Positions 22,634 to 37,776 of a DNA stretch of 64,000 nucleotides are shown here, piece by piece (positions within the stretch are counted from its first letter, which is position 1; each line of letters begins with the position of its first letter). Made by a program: the position numbers and the translations under genes. Location: the NCBI GenBank assembly GCA_002269645.1, contig NIVC01003489.1, forward strand, positions 1 to 64,000. Reading direction: 5' to 3'. This DNA comes from Macrostomum lignano (lineage: Eukaryota). The notes beneath the pieces are model-generated. The model was not told the origin of the DNA, made no database searches, and saw nothing but the letters and a program-made list of their open reading frames with translations.

Positions 22634-24568
22634 GTCTATGGTCAAGAAAGACAATAACACGCAGTCTCGTAAGAAGTCTCTTTGGCCATAGACAATTTGA
22701 ACAGAACAGTCATTTAAGCGAGCATCAGTAAGAACTGTTTGCTGCGAGATATAAAGCTTGGGCAAATGCTACTTGAGTATGCAGAACTAAATTAATTAAA
22801 AGCGAGACATGTCTACATCTACTAAACTTCTACCGCCGTTACTTAACTACAACGCTCTGCCGACGGATGAGATTAGTGGCGTCAGTGATGTAGAGTTAGA
22901 CGTAATTACGAGACTTTCGTCGAACGGCGATGAATGTCGGGAGCTTATCGACGACTTCATGAGCTTCATCGCAAATGACACCGAACAACTTGACAATTTA
23001 GAGGAGTTCGAAGAACAACTAACTGCTTGTGGCGATCTGAGTTGCTCCAGTTAGATGGCATCGAGATCGAAGGACTGCCCGCGAGCACCAGGCGCCAAAT
23101 GGAAGAGAACGGTAAACATTTTTCCGAATTTTGTATGAATAGAAGCCTACGCACCGACTATGCCTCGCTGGATGACAGAACGCTTAATGAATACCTTCGA
23201 ATATTTTATTTCCAATTAAAGACAAGAGATGGAAAATATTACGCTCCTGCATCTCTCGGATGTATAAGAGCTGGAATTCAACGGTATCTGAATATACTGT
23301 GCAAGCGTCCGACGAATTTATTGGCAAAGCATACCGATTTTGATGGAAGCAATCGCATGCTCTGCTTTAAGATCAGGCAGTTTATTGAAGCTGGGCAGCA
23401 GAGTCGCCACTATGACGCAATCGAGGAAGGTGACATGCTTAAGCTTAGACAATACTTTACTAGAGAGGATGCTGAACACCTACAGGATGAGATGTTGTTT
23501 ACGGTTCTGTATGAACTGGGTGAGCGTGGCCAGGAACACCTACGCGTCCTGATGGAACGGAACTGTTTGCGGCGAGGTGTAGATGCCTATGGTCGCGAGT
23601 ATTTGGCCATGCCGTCCCTACCATCCAAGAACAGGACAGCTGACGTTGACCATCCGGAAAAAAGTATTGACGCGAAGCATGCTCGTATTTACAACACGGA
23701 GGTCATTGATGTCTACGAAAGTCATTTACCATCGGCCGCTCAATCTTATTTGCCAAAGCCCCTTAAAGGACTGCCTGGTCAACAGTTCCGGTTCTCTGAG
23801 AAATGTGCACGGGGATTTCGATTCCTACAAGATTTCATGAAGACCCTGAGTGCTAAAGCTGGATTGAGTAAAAATTACACTAATCACTGTATCCGGTAAG
23901 TGTTGACCTCTGTTCAAGAATGATAAATGTTTTACAATATTCGTTCAATAATTATTTATTCTATAACTTTCAGTGTCACTAGAGTATGCGACCTTGAAAG
24001 CCGTGGCCATTCGTTGCAAAGCATTATGATGGTAACGGGACACAAATGCGAAAAGACCGTGAAGCGATACTTAAGCACGCGCCGCGATCGGAGTTTGTTT
24101 AAGAGTTCCGAGGCCGTACACGATGCATTGCATCGTGACATTCCAAGCGCTGGTGAACAGGCCTCTGGTTCCGGCTTGTGTGCTGCTGAAAAATTTGATA
24201 AACCTACCGCCTGCACATCCGTGTTGACTGTCGCCAGCAGCAGTGTCGCTACGGTATCGTACAACAAACCTGTTCAAATCCAAGCTAGCCCGGCAAAAAA
24301 ATGCGTGTCAATATCGATGACGGTAATAATTTGATAAGTATTGAATTTGAGTAACGACTTTTTTGACAAGGATTTTAAACAATTTGTTGCTCGAAAAGGC
24401 TATTAACAAAAAACGTTTAATTGTGTTAAATACGTTTTTTAACTCCGTATCGTTTGCACGTTTGTCAGTTTTTCGTTATTATGAAATAAAAACCATAGAC
24501 TATAACTTGCATACATGTTGACTTTTAATCTATGGACAATAACACGCAAGTGTGGACAATAACACGCA
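22634..24568 (+). mobile_element. Crypton-type DNA transposon (tyrosine recombinase)
   Basis: YR gene flanked by the 14-bp direct repeat gacaataacacgca (22650; 24535 and 24555), preceded by (g/a)tctatg at 22634 and 24528. Confidence 0.75.
22809..24354 (+). CDS. Crypton/DUF3504-type tyrosine recombinase; intron 23896-23973; probable 1-nt frameshifts near 23027 and 24301
   Basis: N-terminal LNEYLRIFYFQLKTRDGKYYAPASL. Catalytic R in LGERGQE, HxxR in YTNHCIR (cg|t across the intron), H in VTGHK, Y in KRYL. Confidence 0.88.
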
Positions 24569-24905
24569 TCCCGCGTGCGTGTTAATGGGTAGCGAAATGC
24601 TTGTCAATGGAGAAAAGACAAATTAATCGTACTTGCAGAGGGAAATTCCACGAGAATGTATATCTACCCAGTCGCACTTTTCATAGTCTTTGGTCAAAAG
24701 AGCTCACTTACACAAGTAGCAATTGCTACAGTCCTCTCTTAATAGTTAACATGACAAAAGTGTCAACAGTGGCATACGGCACAGCGGCATATCTATTGGC
24801 CAAATCTATTGATTTGGATTTATTAACTGCACTGACATATTACTGCAGGATATTTTTAAGTTATTACTAAACCCAACTGCAAGAATATTTTATTTATATA
24901 TTTCA

Positions 24906-26012
24906 ATGGAAAGCTCATCACCAAAAAATCCGAAGTACGATTTAACAATTCTTACTACTGGTGGAGTGAGATACTCATTGGATGTCCAGGTACAACATCG
25001 AGAACCTCTAAAGGCTTGGGCCAATTCAAACTATTCCGGTGAGTTGTTCGGCTTGCTTGTAGCAGATGAAACCACCGAAATAAGACTAACAGTGTTCGGT
25101 AAAAGCCTATCCGACCTGTGGACACTTTGTGAGCCTACCAAATCAATCGTTGTCAGTGGGGGTAACGTGAAGACTGCCGACAAGCGTTTTAATTACGCTA
25201 AGAACAATCTAGAGTGGACCATAAACATTGAAAAGGGCAGCACTATTGCGCTGTCTGATCGAAATGTGGAAGGAAGCATTCATTATAGCTTTAATAAGAT
25301 TGCTGACCTTTCCGTCGCAATTGACACGTAAGTTTTCAATGTTGCCTGTCATTTGTTGAAATTTGATAGACATACGTAATAATTTCATATTATTACCAAC
25401 ATTACACTTTAGGCCTATTGACATTTTGGGTGTCGTGGAGAGCATCCAGGCCCCCGTCGAAGTTGTCACGAAAAAAGGACCAACACTTAGGGCATCTGTG
25501 CTATTAGTGGATGAAACTGGTCACTCTGTCAGTGGGACATTCTGGGGTGAAAGTGCCGCTCGGACAGAGAATGCTAGATGGTCGTCCAATAGCCTGCAAA
25601 GGTGCTAGGGTTACTGATTACGATGGGCTGACACTAAATTTGTCACACGCCATAGTAACAGATGGCAGTCAACTTTCTGAGTCAAGTCTACTGACTGACT
25701 GGTTCTCGATGCGCGATTCATCATCGCAGTCAATCCCCATTGGCTCTTCTCAACCCTTGAGAACTCGAATGGATCTGTCTGTCCAAGCGCAATAAAATCG
25801 TGGAAAAAGACGATGATGAGGAAGTTTTTATTAAAATACCCTCGAGTGTCAAGCGGCTGCGTGTTCTGAAGGGAGGTATTGAGGTAAGGAATCCATGAAG
25901 TGTTTTACTTGCTCTATTAATTAACTATATACGCGTACTGCTGCAAATTACTTAATTTGGGGTCTGATATGTTTTTCTAACATTTTAGCGCATCGTTTCC
26001 ATCGACAATTAA
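24906..26012 (+). CDS. RPA70-like ssDNA-binding protein with two OB folds (DBD-A/B-like); introns 25328-25412 and ~25884-25988; frameshifts
   Basis: WANSNYSGELFGLLVADETTEIRLTVF and PIDILGVV...LLVDETGHSVSGTFWGE...IACKGARVTDYDGLTL match RPA70 DBD-A and DBD-B patterns; phase-consistent join ac|g. Confidence 0.8.
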
Positions 26013-26609
26013 GCAGGCAAAACCAATGCTAAAGGCTCTCTAATGGATTACAGTTACATACTTCATAAAAACCTATGCCAACTCTTATGTGTTCTAAAGT
26101 TCGTTTTGTTTGTTTGTTTGTTTAGAAGATTCGCATCTTCTCCTAGATATCTTGAGCGATTTTTTCAAATTTTTACCATTTGATTGAAAATCTCTCTGGG
26201 ATCATGTGGCTCAATTCTCATCTTCAATTTCAAACATGGAGCCTCATAAATAGGAGAAAACCTGTTGAATTCCTATCACTTTAGTGTATTTTTCTCGCAG
26301 TCAGAGTTGAAAGTCGAGTTCTGGCCAAAGACTAAAAATGCCCAATGCCTGCCGTGTGTGTGAAAAAAAGAGAAGGGGCGCTCTTTTTAAATTGTCGATA
26401 GTTGCTACTTATTATATATTCGTCGTTCGTCGTCGCTGGAGAATCTGAGGCTGAGCGGTCATCCAGGCTGGATGCTACTCGAGCACAAGCAACAGTCAAT
26501 CGTATACAAAGTGTCACTGGAAATGTAGAAAGAGATACGTCCTTTATGTCCTTAACGTCGAGTTCATCAGCGCATCATGTGCCTGCTACAAATGTTCCAA
26601 TCGCGTCAA

Positions 26610-27020
26610 CGCAAATAGTTCCTGCCAAAGCTGATGGTAATTGCTATTTTCATTCTATTGTTGAACAACTCCGAGGTACAGAGTTAGAAATCACTCACAA
26701 CCAGTTGCGCTGTCAGATCCCAGAGCGTTTGAAAATCATACTGCCTGAATATGTTAACATTATCCAAGCGCAAAAACAAACTATTCAGCGAATTTTGAGT
26801 GACACTGAACGAGATGGGACTTATGTTCACAATGTTGTGGCTCCAATACTCAACCGAGTTCTTAGTGTAGATTTGGAAATCTACCAGCGTGATTTTGCAG
26901 ACAGCACAGGGTTAAAATTGATCCGAAGTGCATCATCTGAGGTTAGACCTCCAGTGCTGACTGTGAGACTTCTCTATGATCGTCATAGACAACACTATGA
27001 TTCATTCTATCTAAATGATC
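26610..27020 (+). CDS. OTU-like cysteine protease (deubiquitinase) domain of Helitron A
   Basis: DGNC nucleophile motif and HYDS motif in one open frame (ORF 26402-27241). Confidence 0.8.
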
Positions 27021-28229
27021 CTTTGAACACTTTGCTAGTCGACCAGGCCTCTATGCGGTCAATACAATTCGACTCTATTTGTCAGCCTGCAGCGACATGT
27101 ACTAGCACCTCCAATTCTGCTTATGCAAACGACACGAGACTACCAGCGGACAAGAACATTAATACTGATCAATTTAACCGGTGGGATTGTATACGTATAT
27201 TTTTCCTTGGTAATCTTTTCACTACTAACTATTTTGCGTAAATTTTCCTGATTCAGGCCACGTTCTGCTATTATTGATGAAATTGGACGAATGATATATC
27301 CTTGCCGATGGCGCTCGGCCTTGAAGTGGAAAGACGAATCGGAAGGAATGTGCTGCGCCCGAAACAAATTTAGCGTTGCTGCCAAAAAAATTTCCCACCG
27401 CTCTTCAGGACCTGTTTTCTGGCAGGCACATTTTCAGCGGAGAATTCCTCAAAAATATTCGACAATACAATGCAGCTCTGCATCTAACATCTTTCCGCGC
27501 CAGTTTACGATGTTTCAAAGGCTGGAGTCCAAATTTTATTATTTCTGGGCAGGTTTATCACAAGTACGACCCGTTGCTTTCCAGCAGCTCATTTTCACCA
27601 CGTGGTTGGCAGGTGTATTTTTCAGATCGAGAGCTCGAGACGCGGTGTTTACTTAATCAGAATCTTAACAAGGAGCTGATGCTGCTGTTGCTGCTGATAC
27701 ATGAAACTAACAATTATGTGAAAAGCATCAAATCTGCCTACCAGAGGATTCAAGAAGATCCGTTGCTTTGTGATGCCCGGATTATTATCCGCCCACATAA
27801 GAAGCCTTCATCAGAGCACACCGGGTAAACTTACCCTCACTTTAAAGTATACACATTCGCTTGCTTGATATTACTTCTTAGCGCATCCCAGTGGTATGCA
27901 GATTTTCTTCTACAAATAAGTTATTATCGACCATTCTTCGTTAAAAGCAGTGAAATTAAGCAGTAATATTTCAATAAAAACGTTTATTCTAGATCGGTGC
28001 CGGCAAAATTCCCATTGATTGTGACGAAAAAAATTCCTTCCCAAGAGTATACTAATGCCAACAGGATCAACTAATGTCGACTTAATAAAGTTTGTGTATC
28101 CATCATTCGACGATATTTCTGAAAGAAATGACCTCTTTGAATGCCGAGCTATTCTTGCTCCTCACAATGACACGGTTGATTCAATTAACGATATCTGTAC
28201 GAAAATGTTTCCTGGAGTTGCTCGAGAGT

Positions 28230-29580
28230 CGAGGGGCATCCCAAAAGTCCGTTCAGTACGTGCCGTTTTTACCATAAACGACGAGTAAAGAGCTCAACCG
28301 CTCACAGTTATTTACTAGAGCAACCCCTCTTTAACTTTATAAAATTTTGAGCTTATATATCGAGTATTCGAAGTGTTATAATAAATTAACCAGTCTAGTG
28401 ATTTTAAACTCGGCCGATCTGATTAACTGATGGAGGACGTTAACAATTTAGAGCACGCTTGTACATCAAAGCCGAATTTTTGCGAGGAACAAAAGCTGCG
28501 CAAGTTTACCGGCAACTTTTTGAAGCATTCAAAGACCGTGCCTTTACTGAGAGATCTGTGTACAATTGGTATACGCGCTTCAGAGATGGGCAATTCGACA
28601 TCGAGGATGGCCAGCGATCAGGACGGCCAAGGGAGTCTCGATCAGATGCCAACGTTGAGCTGGTGAAGGGCATCCTCGAAATCGATCGTCGGTGGACTTG
28701 TGAAGAACTGGAGGAACTGACTGGAATTCCATCTACTAGTGTGCACCGAATTTTAACAGAAGATCTGGGCTTGCAGAAGGTCACAGCTCGATGGGTGCCT
28801 CACCACCTGGATGATGCACAGAAGGATCGTCGGAGAACTGTTGCCCAGCAGCTGCTGCAGCGCTTTCGGAAGGAGGGAGAGAAATTTCTTCAGAGAATTG
28901 TGACTTTAGATGAGACGTGGGCCTGCTCATATGAGCCGAATCTAAAGTCGCAGAATTCTGAATGGCAGCAGCGCGACCGTTCTGCCGCACAGTCTTCCCG
29001 GCCAGAAGTCCTGAGGCGCAGCAAGGGGTCCAAGAAGATGATGCTCATCGTCTGCTATGATTACTTTGGTATGGTTCTTGTACACAGAGTGCCTGAGGGA
29101 CAGACTGTAAATCAGGAGTATTACAGACGCTTTATTATTTACCATCTTCGACCAGCGCTCCAGAAGAAGCGAGCACTGACACTTTCGAATGGACCCCTTT
29201 TGCTGCATGACAACGCAAGCCCCCACACTGGTCGGATTGTCAAGGAGCTGCTGGCAAACTACGGCTGGGAAGTCCTACCTCATCCCGCCTATTCTCCCGA
29301 CCTGAGTCCTTGTGACTTCGATCTCTTTCCAAAGCTAAAAAATCAGCTACGAGGCCACCGCTACTACTGCCTGGACGAACTCTTCAGCATCATCGTCGAG
29401 GTGCTTCAACACCTGTGTGATTCTGGCGCTACTGACGGAGTCAAGAAACTACCAGAGCGCTGGCAGCGTGTGATTGCGGCCAATGGAAGTTATTTTGAAG
29501 GCCTATGAAGTTTTTAAACTTTCCTGTTGCACTGTTGCGTTTTTATTCAGTGACTGAACGGACTTTTGGGATGCCCCTCG
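28230..29580 (+). mobile_element. Full-length mariner element (1351 bp) inserted in the Helitron A helicase exon
   Basis: Perfect 28-bp TIRs cgaggggcatcccaaaagtccgttcagt (28230-28257 / 29553-29580). TA follows the right TIR; removing the element restores RE-YLSFD. Confidence 0.95.
28430..29508 (+). CDS. Mariner D,D34D transposase; 1-nt frameshift near 28455
   Basis: WVPHHL, TLDETW, LHDNASPH, YSPDLSPCDF; 34 residues between the 2nd and 3rd Asp. Confidence 0.93.
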
Positions 29581-29799
29581 TATTTGTCGTTTGACACGTC
29601 ACCTTCAGAGGATAGCGCCACGCATTTCCCACCGGAGTTGTTGAACAGTATTGACGCTCCCGGGCTTCCAACCCATGTCCTGAAACTAAAAGTCGGCATG
29701 CCTATCATTCTTCTGCGTAATCTGCATCCACCACGTCTGTGTAACGGTACACGGCTTATAGTTGAATCAATGTGTGACAATTTTCTCGCAATTTGCTCG

Positions 29800-30080
29800 C
29801 ACTTTGTGCGCTCACTGTGAGTGAACAGTTAGGCCTATAGCACAGTAATTTTTTAAGGCAAAAGCTTGTCTATGGCAGCTGTGTATGGCAAAGCTTGGCA
29901 GAAAAGCTAGCGTACACTTCTGTGCTCAATAACTCGCCTCTGGAGCAATTTTTCGCAACCAAATGTTTGTGGGAAAAACTTGCAAATGTTTACTGTGGAC
30001 CTGTTAAATTACTGTGCTATAGGCCTAACTGCTCACTCACAGTGAGCGCACAAAGTGTTACCCTTTTTTTGGGACACCCG
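29800..30080. mobile_element. Tc1/mariner-like MITE lacking the outer part of its left TIR
   Basis: ~50-bp inverted repeats at 29800-29850 and 30008-30057. The right side continues ttacccttttttt-gggacacccg, a mariner-like TIR end that is absent on the left. Confidence 0.6.
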
Positions 30081-32435
30081 TTATATAAAGCTCTAAGATC
30101 TGTCCGTCCGTTTGTAACGCTCTACAGACTGCAATTCTTGACCGATTTTGATCGCGTTTTCGCCAAAACATTTGTAATTAGCCAAGGATTGTATGGTTAA
30201 AATTTCTTTAATCTGCTTCAATGCTAAAGGTCTTCAATATTCAAAAACTGTATTTTCCCTATCTAATTAGTGTATTTTTCTCGTAGTGAGAGCTCGAAAA
30301 ATACTAATACGTCTATGGCCATAGACTAGACGTCAATTTCTTGAGCTGACAAGACTGAGCTGATGCTACTCTCGTATGAGCTTTTCATATCATATGCACC
30401 ATTATATCTCTTACATTGTGTTCTTACGCTGTTGATGCATCTGAGTCAACTTCGTCTCACTCAACCATAGACCATAGGAATATTCCTGTACATTGGTGTG
30501 AGAGGATGCTAAAAGATCGCAGCATCCAAAGTAGTGAGATAGAGAACTGCGTTACTAAGCTTTCATCGAGTCGCATATGTTGATATACATCGTTTAATAG
30601 TTGTTATTCTTTCCCTGTTCTTACACTCCTACCATTTTACATTGTACTTCGTACTGTTACATTGTTCCGATAGAAACATTCATATTTACAATGGCAAAGC
30701 GTTGTGCCAAAAGTGCTTTGCAGAAGAGTCGCGAGGCAAAGCGACGTCGTCAAGAGGAAACTGCTGAATCCAGAGAGCATCGCCTGCAAAAGGAAAAAGA
30801 GATATCAGCCCATCGTAGGTCTGCTGCGACTGAACCGGAGAAAGAGGCACGTCACAAGCTGACAAAGAGAGGTCGGCTCAGCGCAGGTCTGCTGAGACTG
30901 ATGCCGATCGAGCAGCCCGCCTGCAAGCCGACAAAGTGCGCTCGAGTCAGCTCGAGTCAGCGATCGGCTAAGGTCAAATCTCTCTTACTATCGGGCGTCA
31001 TTGGAGCCGGAGCAAGCCTTCAGGTAAGTCTTTTGAAATTTAAGCTCGCTCTTTAAAACTTGACAAGGGATCCTATGAAATTTTCTAACTCTCGACTATA
31101 ACTCAATCGATGAGCTTGATTGAAAAGTCTTACTCTTGCACATTAAAATTAAAATTACTATTAATATATAGATATGCTGATATAATTACACTGGGTATAG
31201 GCGGAGTGGGGGACTGGTGGGGGGACTGGTGAGGTCTTGAATAAATAATATGCGGTGCAATAAGTATACGTTATGTGGAGTGGGCCTTCGATTTTTTATT
31301 GGTAATTTTTTCAAACCTTTGCGCCGTTGGTGTTCAGTAAGCCAAAGCTAATATATCAATTTTTGTCAAACAGTTCATTAAGAATTCAATTCTGCTGTAA
31401 CGTTTTTTTCTTATTTTGCTAATCTGAATAATGCATTTAATACGCATTCTACTCGTACAGCCTTGACACTCTGCCTCGGAGTTTACCCGTAAATGGAACT
31501 CAGATTACCAGGGTCCACGGAGACGGCAACTGCTGGTTTCATGCCATCTCTGACCAGCTGATTGGCACACCAATCTATATGGACCACCAGCAGCTCCGGC
31601 GCACCATCGCTGCCAATGCCAGACCGCTTCTGGCATTGTATTCGTAAATTGTAAATTGTATCCGTAGCATGACAATGCATCCGACATGTCTCTCTCCTTT
31701 TTTCGCTCATCCCAATCAGAGTCGAGAACTCATCGAGTTCGGCGGCGCCGCCATATGCAGAACTTTCTTTTGAGAGTTTGGAGCAGCCTACCCATGGGCT
31801 CAGTGCAGAATCCTCTGTTCCGCCTTGAGATTTTTCTGACTGTGACCCTTGGTGAGTATATTGATTTTGAAAAAATAAACACAGTCTGCAACTTTACTTT
31901 CCATTATATATTTAAGAACTGTATTGTCACTGACAAGGGACAATTTTTCCACCCTCTTAACTGCACCCAGCGGCAAATGGGCTCATTCGACACCGCGGCG
32001 TGCCGCTGCTGCAGGGAACTCGGAGTTGCCAGCGGCCAGTGTGGCGTCAGATTTTCCAGAATTTTCGGATGATGATGCTGCATGGTATGCTTGAATTGTA
32101 CAACATTTCAAACCCTATCGTTGATCGATTTTGTCTTTTTAGTTTTTAAAAATATTTGAATTTTTATCTGTAGCTGAAACGAGTGTCTTATTATTCGTCC
32201 TCCAAAGAGCCGATGCCTCAGCCATGCCGGAACCGCAGGCTCATCAGCTCGGCCTCATGAGCAAGCCATGCCAGCACTGCCACGCCTTGCTCTGGAAGGG
32301 GGAGCCGCCAGGAATCTGCTGTGCAGCTGGCAAGGTGAAGCTGCCTCCCAAATCAGTGCCGCAGGTCCTGATGGATTTGTTCCTTGGTCGCCACCCTGAG
32401 AGCCCTGATTTCTTGGCCAATATCAGGAGCTTTAA

Positions 32436-35280
<2,845 letters not shown>

Positions 35281-35637
35281 GATTACTCGCAAGCATCTGG
35301 AGCGCCTTTTGTTTTTCCGCCAGAGTTTTGAAACTCATGATATTGCTGCAAGCACCTAGCTATAGATGGGTGAATAGAAGAGTTTGTCTGAAGATGTCCA
35401 TGAACTCACGAGTGACTGGAATGACTGGAAATGTAGAAATATGAACTAGAAATGCAAGTTAATTTTTTAGACGTAAAAAATGACTAAATTCTAGCAGCCT
35501 CTAAAACCAGCTGATGAGCCGCTTAAAAACCGTCCTTTTAAGCAATATCCTCACATTTTGAAAACATGCAAATAGGCCAAAAGCCAAATGCAGACCTGAC
35601 GAAAAGGCTCTAAAAGTCCTGGTTGATAATCCGCTTA

Positions 35638-37720
35638 TCTATATATCTAAATCTAAGTTGTCTCTGTCTGTCTGTCTGTGTGTCTGTGCGATAGACAATA
35701 GAAAAAACGGCTCAACCGATTTCCACCAAACTTGCACCATTCGATCTGAAATTTTTCCGTGACGGTACATTGGTCGTGGCTAAGAAATTGCTCAATGCTA
35801 AAGGGATTAAATATTCGAAAAACTGTATTCTTCCCTATCTAATTAGTGTATTTTTCTTGCAGTGATAGCTCAATACGTCTATGGCCATAGACTAAACTTC
35901 AATTCTTGAGCTGATGCTATGAGTTATAAATTTCTTCTTCGCGTAAATCATATCATATCAAATTGTGACAGGTCTAGGAATTGCCTAAATTTGACTTAAA
36001 ACCGAATATATGAATTTCGCAATACTCAGCAATTGCTGTATCGATGCCTCAACGTGGTACAAGCTTTTTGAAGAAATCTCGCGATGCGAAAACAAGGCGA
36101 CTTATAGAATCCGAGGCTGAAAGGGCGGCTCGACTCCAAACTGGGCGTCAGCGAGATGCTGACCGAAGAGCTACGGAGACGCCAGCTGAAAGAGAGGCTC
36201 GACTGCAAGCTGGGCGCGAACGAATTTCAAGAAAAAGAGCCTATGACGATCATCGACAGCGTGAAGCTCGCTTGGAAGCTGACCAGCTAAGGATGCGTCG
36301 TATTTCTAGCACTAATGTCCATGAAGAAACACATACTTGCGTGTAAGCTTATTAATTTTGTCATGGATTCGAAATTAGGCTTTAATTTTTTTTTCTAATT
36401 TCCATCTTTGTCAAAACATTTGTCTTCAGTGATACGAGTTTTATTATTTTCTAATTTTCATCTCTATAAAAATATTTATCTTCAGTGATACGAGTAGCAG
36501 TTTGTTGGCTTTACCGACAGTGCTGGAATTCAGCTCTTTGATGTTATTCAAAGTTCCAGGCGATGGGAACTGCTTTTACCATGCTGTGTGTGACCAACTG
36601 CGTGGTACTGCGTTGGGCGCATACACTGCTACAACGTTACGTCATGAGATGACGTACCGCGCTGAGAAGCCCTTGCGTGAATGGGAGGCCAGTAGGCGGA
36701 TTGAGCATGGTACAGCATCTTCTATTCTAAAGACATCAGCCGTTTTGAATATTGATGTTCCGGATGAAATTGTTGCCCTATTTAGTCAGTGCTTTAATGT
36801 AAATTTGGTTATCTATCAGGAATACGGCAGTGTGCTGCAGATGTATGAGACGCCTACGCAAGCTCCTGTGGCGACTGTGCGGCTGATGCTGCACAATGGG
36901 CATTATCAGTCACTTCGTTTTGCATCTCCTGTCACTGAGTCTGCAATTCAAGTTCCCGCTGCTTCTGATCAGTCTTCTCCTGATGCCGCCGTTCCTGGTG
37001 CAGCAATATCATCAGCTGGTGTAGCTGGTACGGTTGCACCGATCACCATGTATGTTTCAGTACATTTCTTTTACATTTTTTTTCATTTTTAAGTGGCTCA
37101 CTTTCTTACCTCATATATAGCTTTGAAGTTTTAATACAATTTAATAGGGCAACACAACCGCTAACTGCTCACTCAGCCGGTCGCATGGCCTGGCCCTGTG
37201 ACAAGTGTGGCGAACTGCGATGGAAGTTGGAGGCACCGGGAATCTGCTGTAACAACGGCAAGGTAAATATTATGGTGCCCAGTGTTCCTGAAGAGCTACG
37301 GCAGCTTTACTCTGGGTTGCATCAAAAGAGCAACAGCTTCGTAAAAAACATCAGAAAATACAATGCGGCACTGCACATGACTTCAATCGGCGTGAAGGAG
37401 CGGCAGATGCCTCGAGGGTGCATTAGCTTAGTGATTCACGGCGAGATCCATCACAAAATAGGCAGTCTGTTACCTGAAGAAAATAGTGCAGCCAAGTTCT
37501 GCCAAGTGTTTTTCTGCGACTCCGAGCTGGAGACCCGGCTGGAGATGATGCAAGGACTGGACCCACAGCTCCTGCAGATTTTGCAGTCCCTGCTGCATCG
37601 CGAAAATTCTTACGTCCGCAGCTTCAAGGCCGCCATCGATAGGCTAACGGAGGAGCCGGCCCTGCAGAACACATGTCTTGTCATTCGGGCAGACCGAAAA
37701 TCCGTTAAAGAGCACTTGAG
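35638..37720 (+). mobile_element. Helitron module C (A|TC 5' end, charged exon, OTU, Zn-finger/Rep-N exon), 3'-truncated
   Basis: ctta|TCTATATATC start; ETPAEREARL repeats; VPGDGNCFYHAV...LHNGHYQSL; CDKCGELRWKLEAPGICCNNGKV, NIRKYNAALHMTS. Confidence 0.85.
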
Positions 37721-37776
37721 GTGAGCCCGCCCATGTTGTGCCATTACTATAGGATAGAAATACTACATAGCTACTA

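Larger units (their letters stand above)
26060..29799 (+). mobile_element. Helitron module A (5' module, OTU, Zn-finger/Rep-N region, last helicase exon; Rep and most of the helicase deleted)
   Basis: OTU ADGNCYFHSI...YDRHRQHYDS; ALKWKDE..GMCC and NIRQYNAALHLTSF; helicase RAILAPHNDTVDSIN and HFPPELLNSIDAPGLPTHVLKLKVGMPIILLRNL. Confidence 0.85.
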
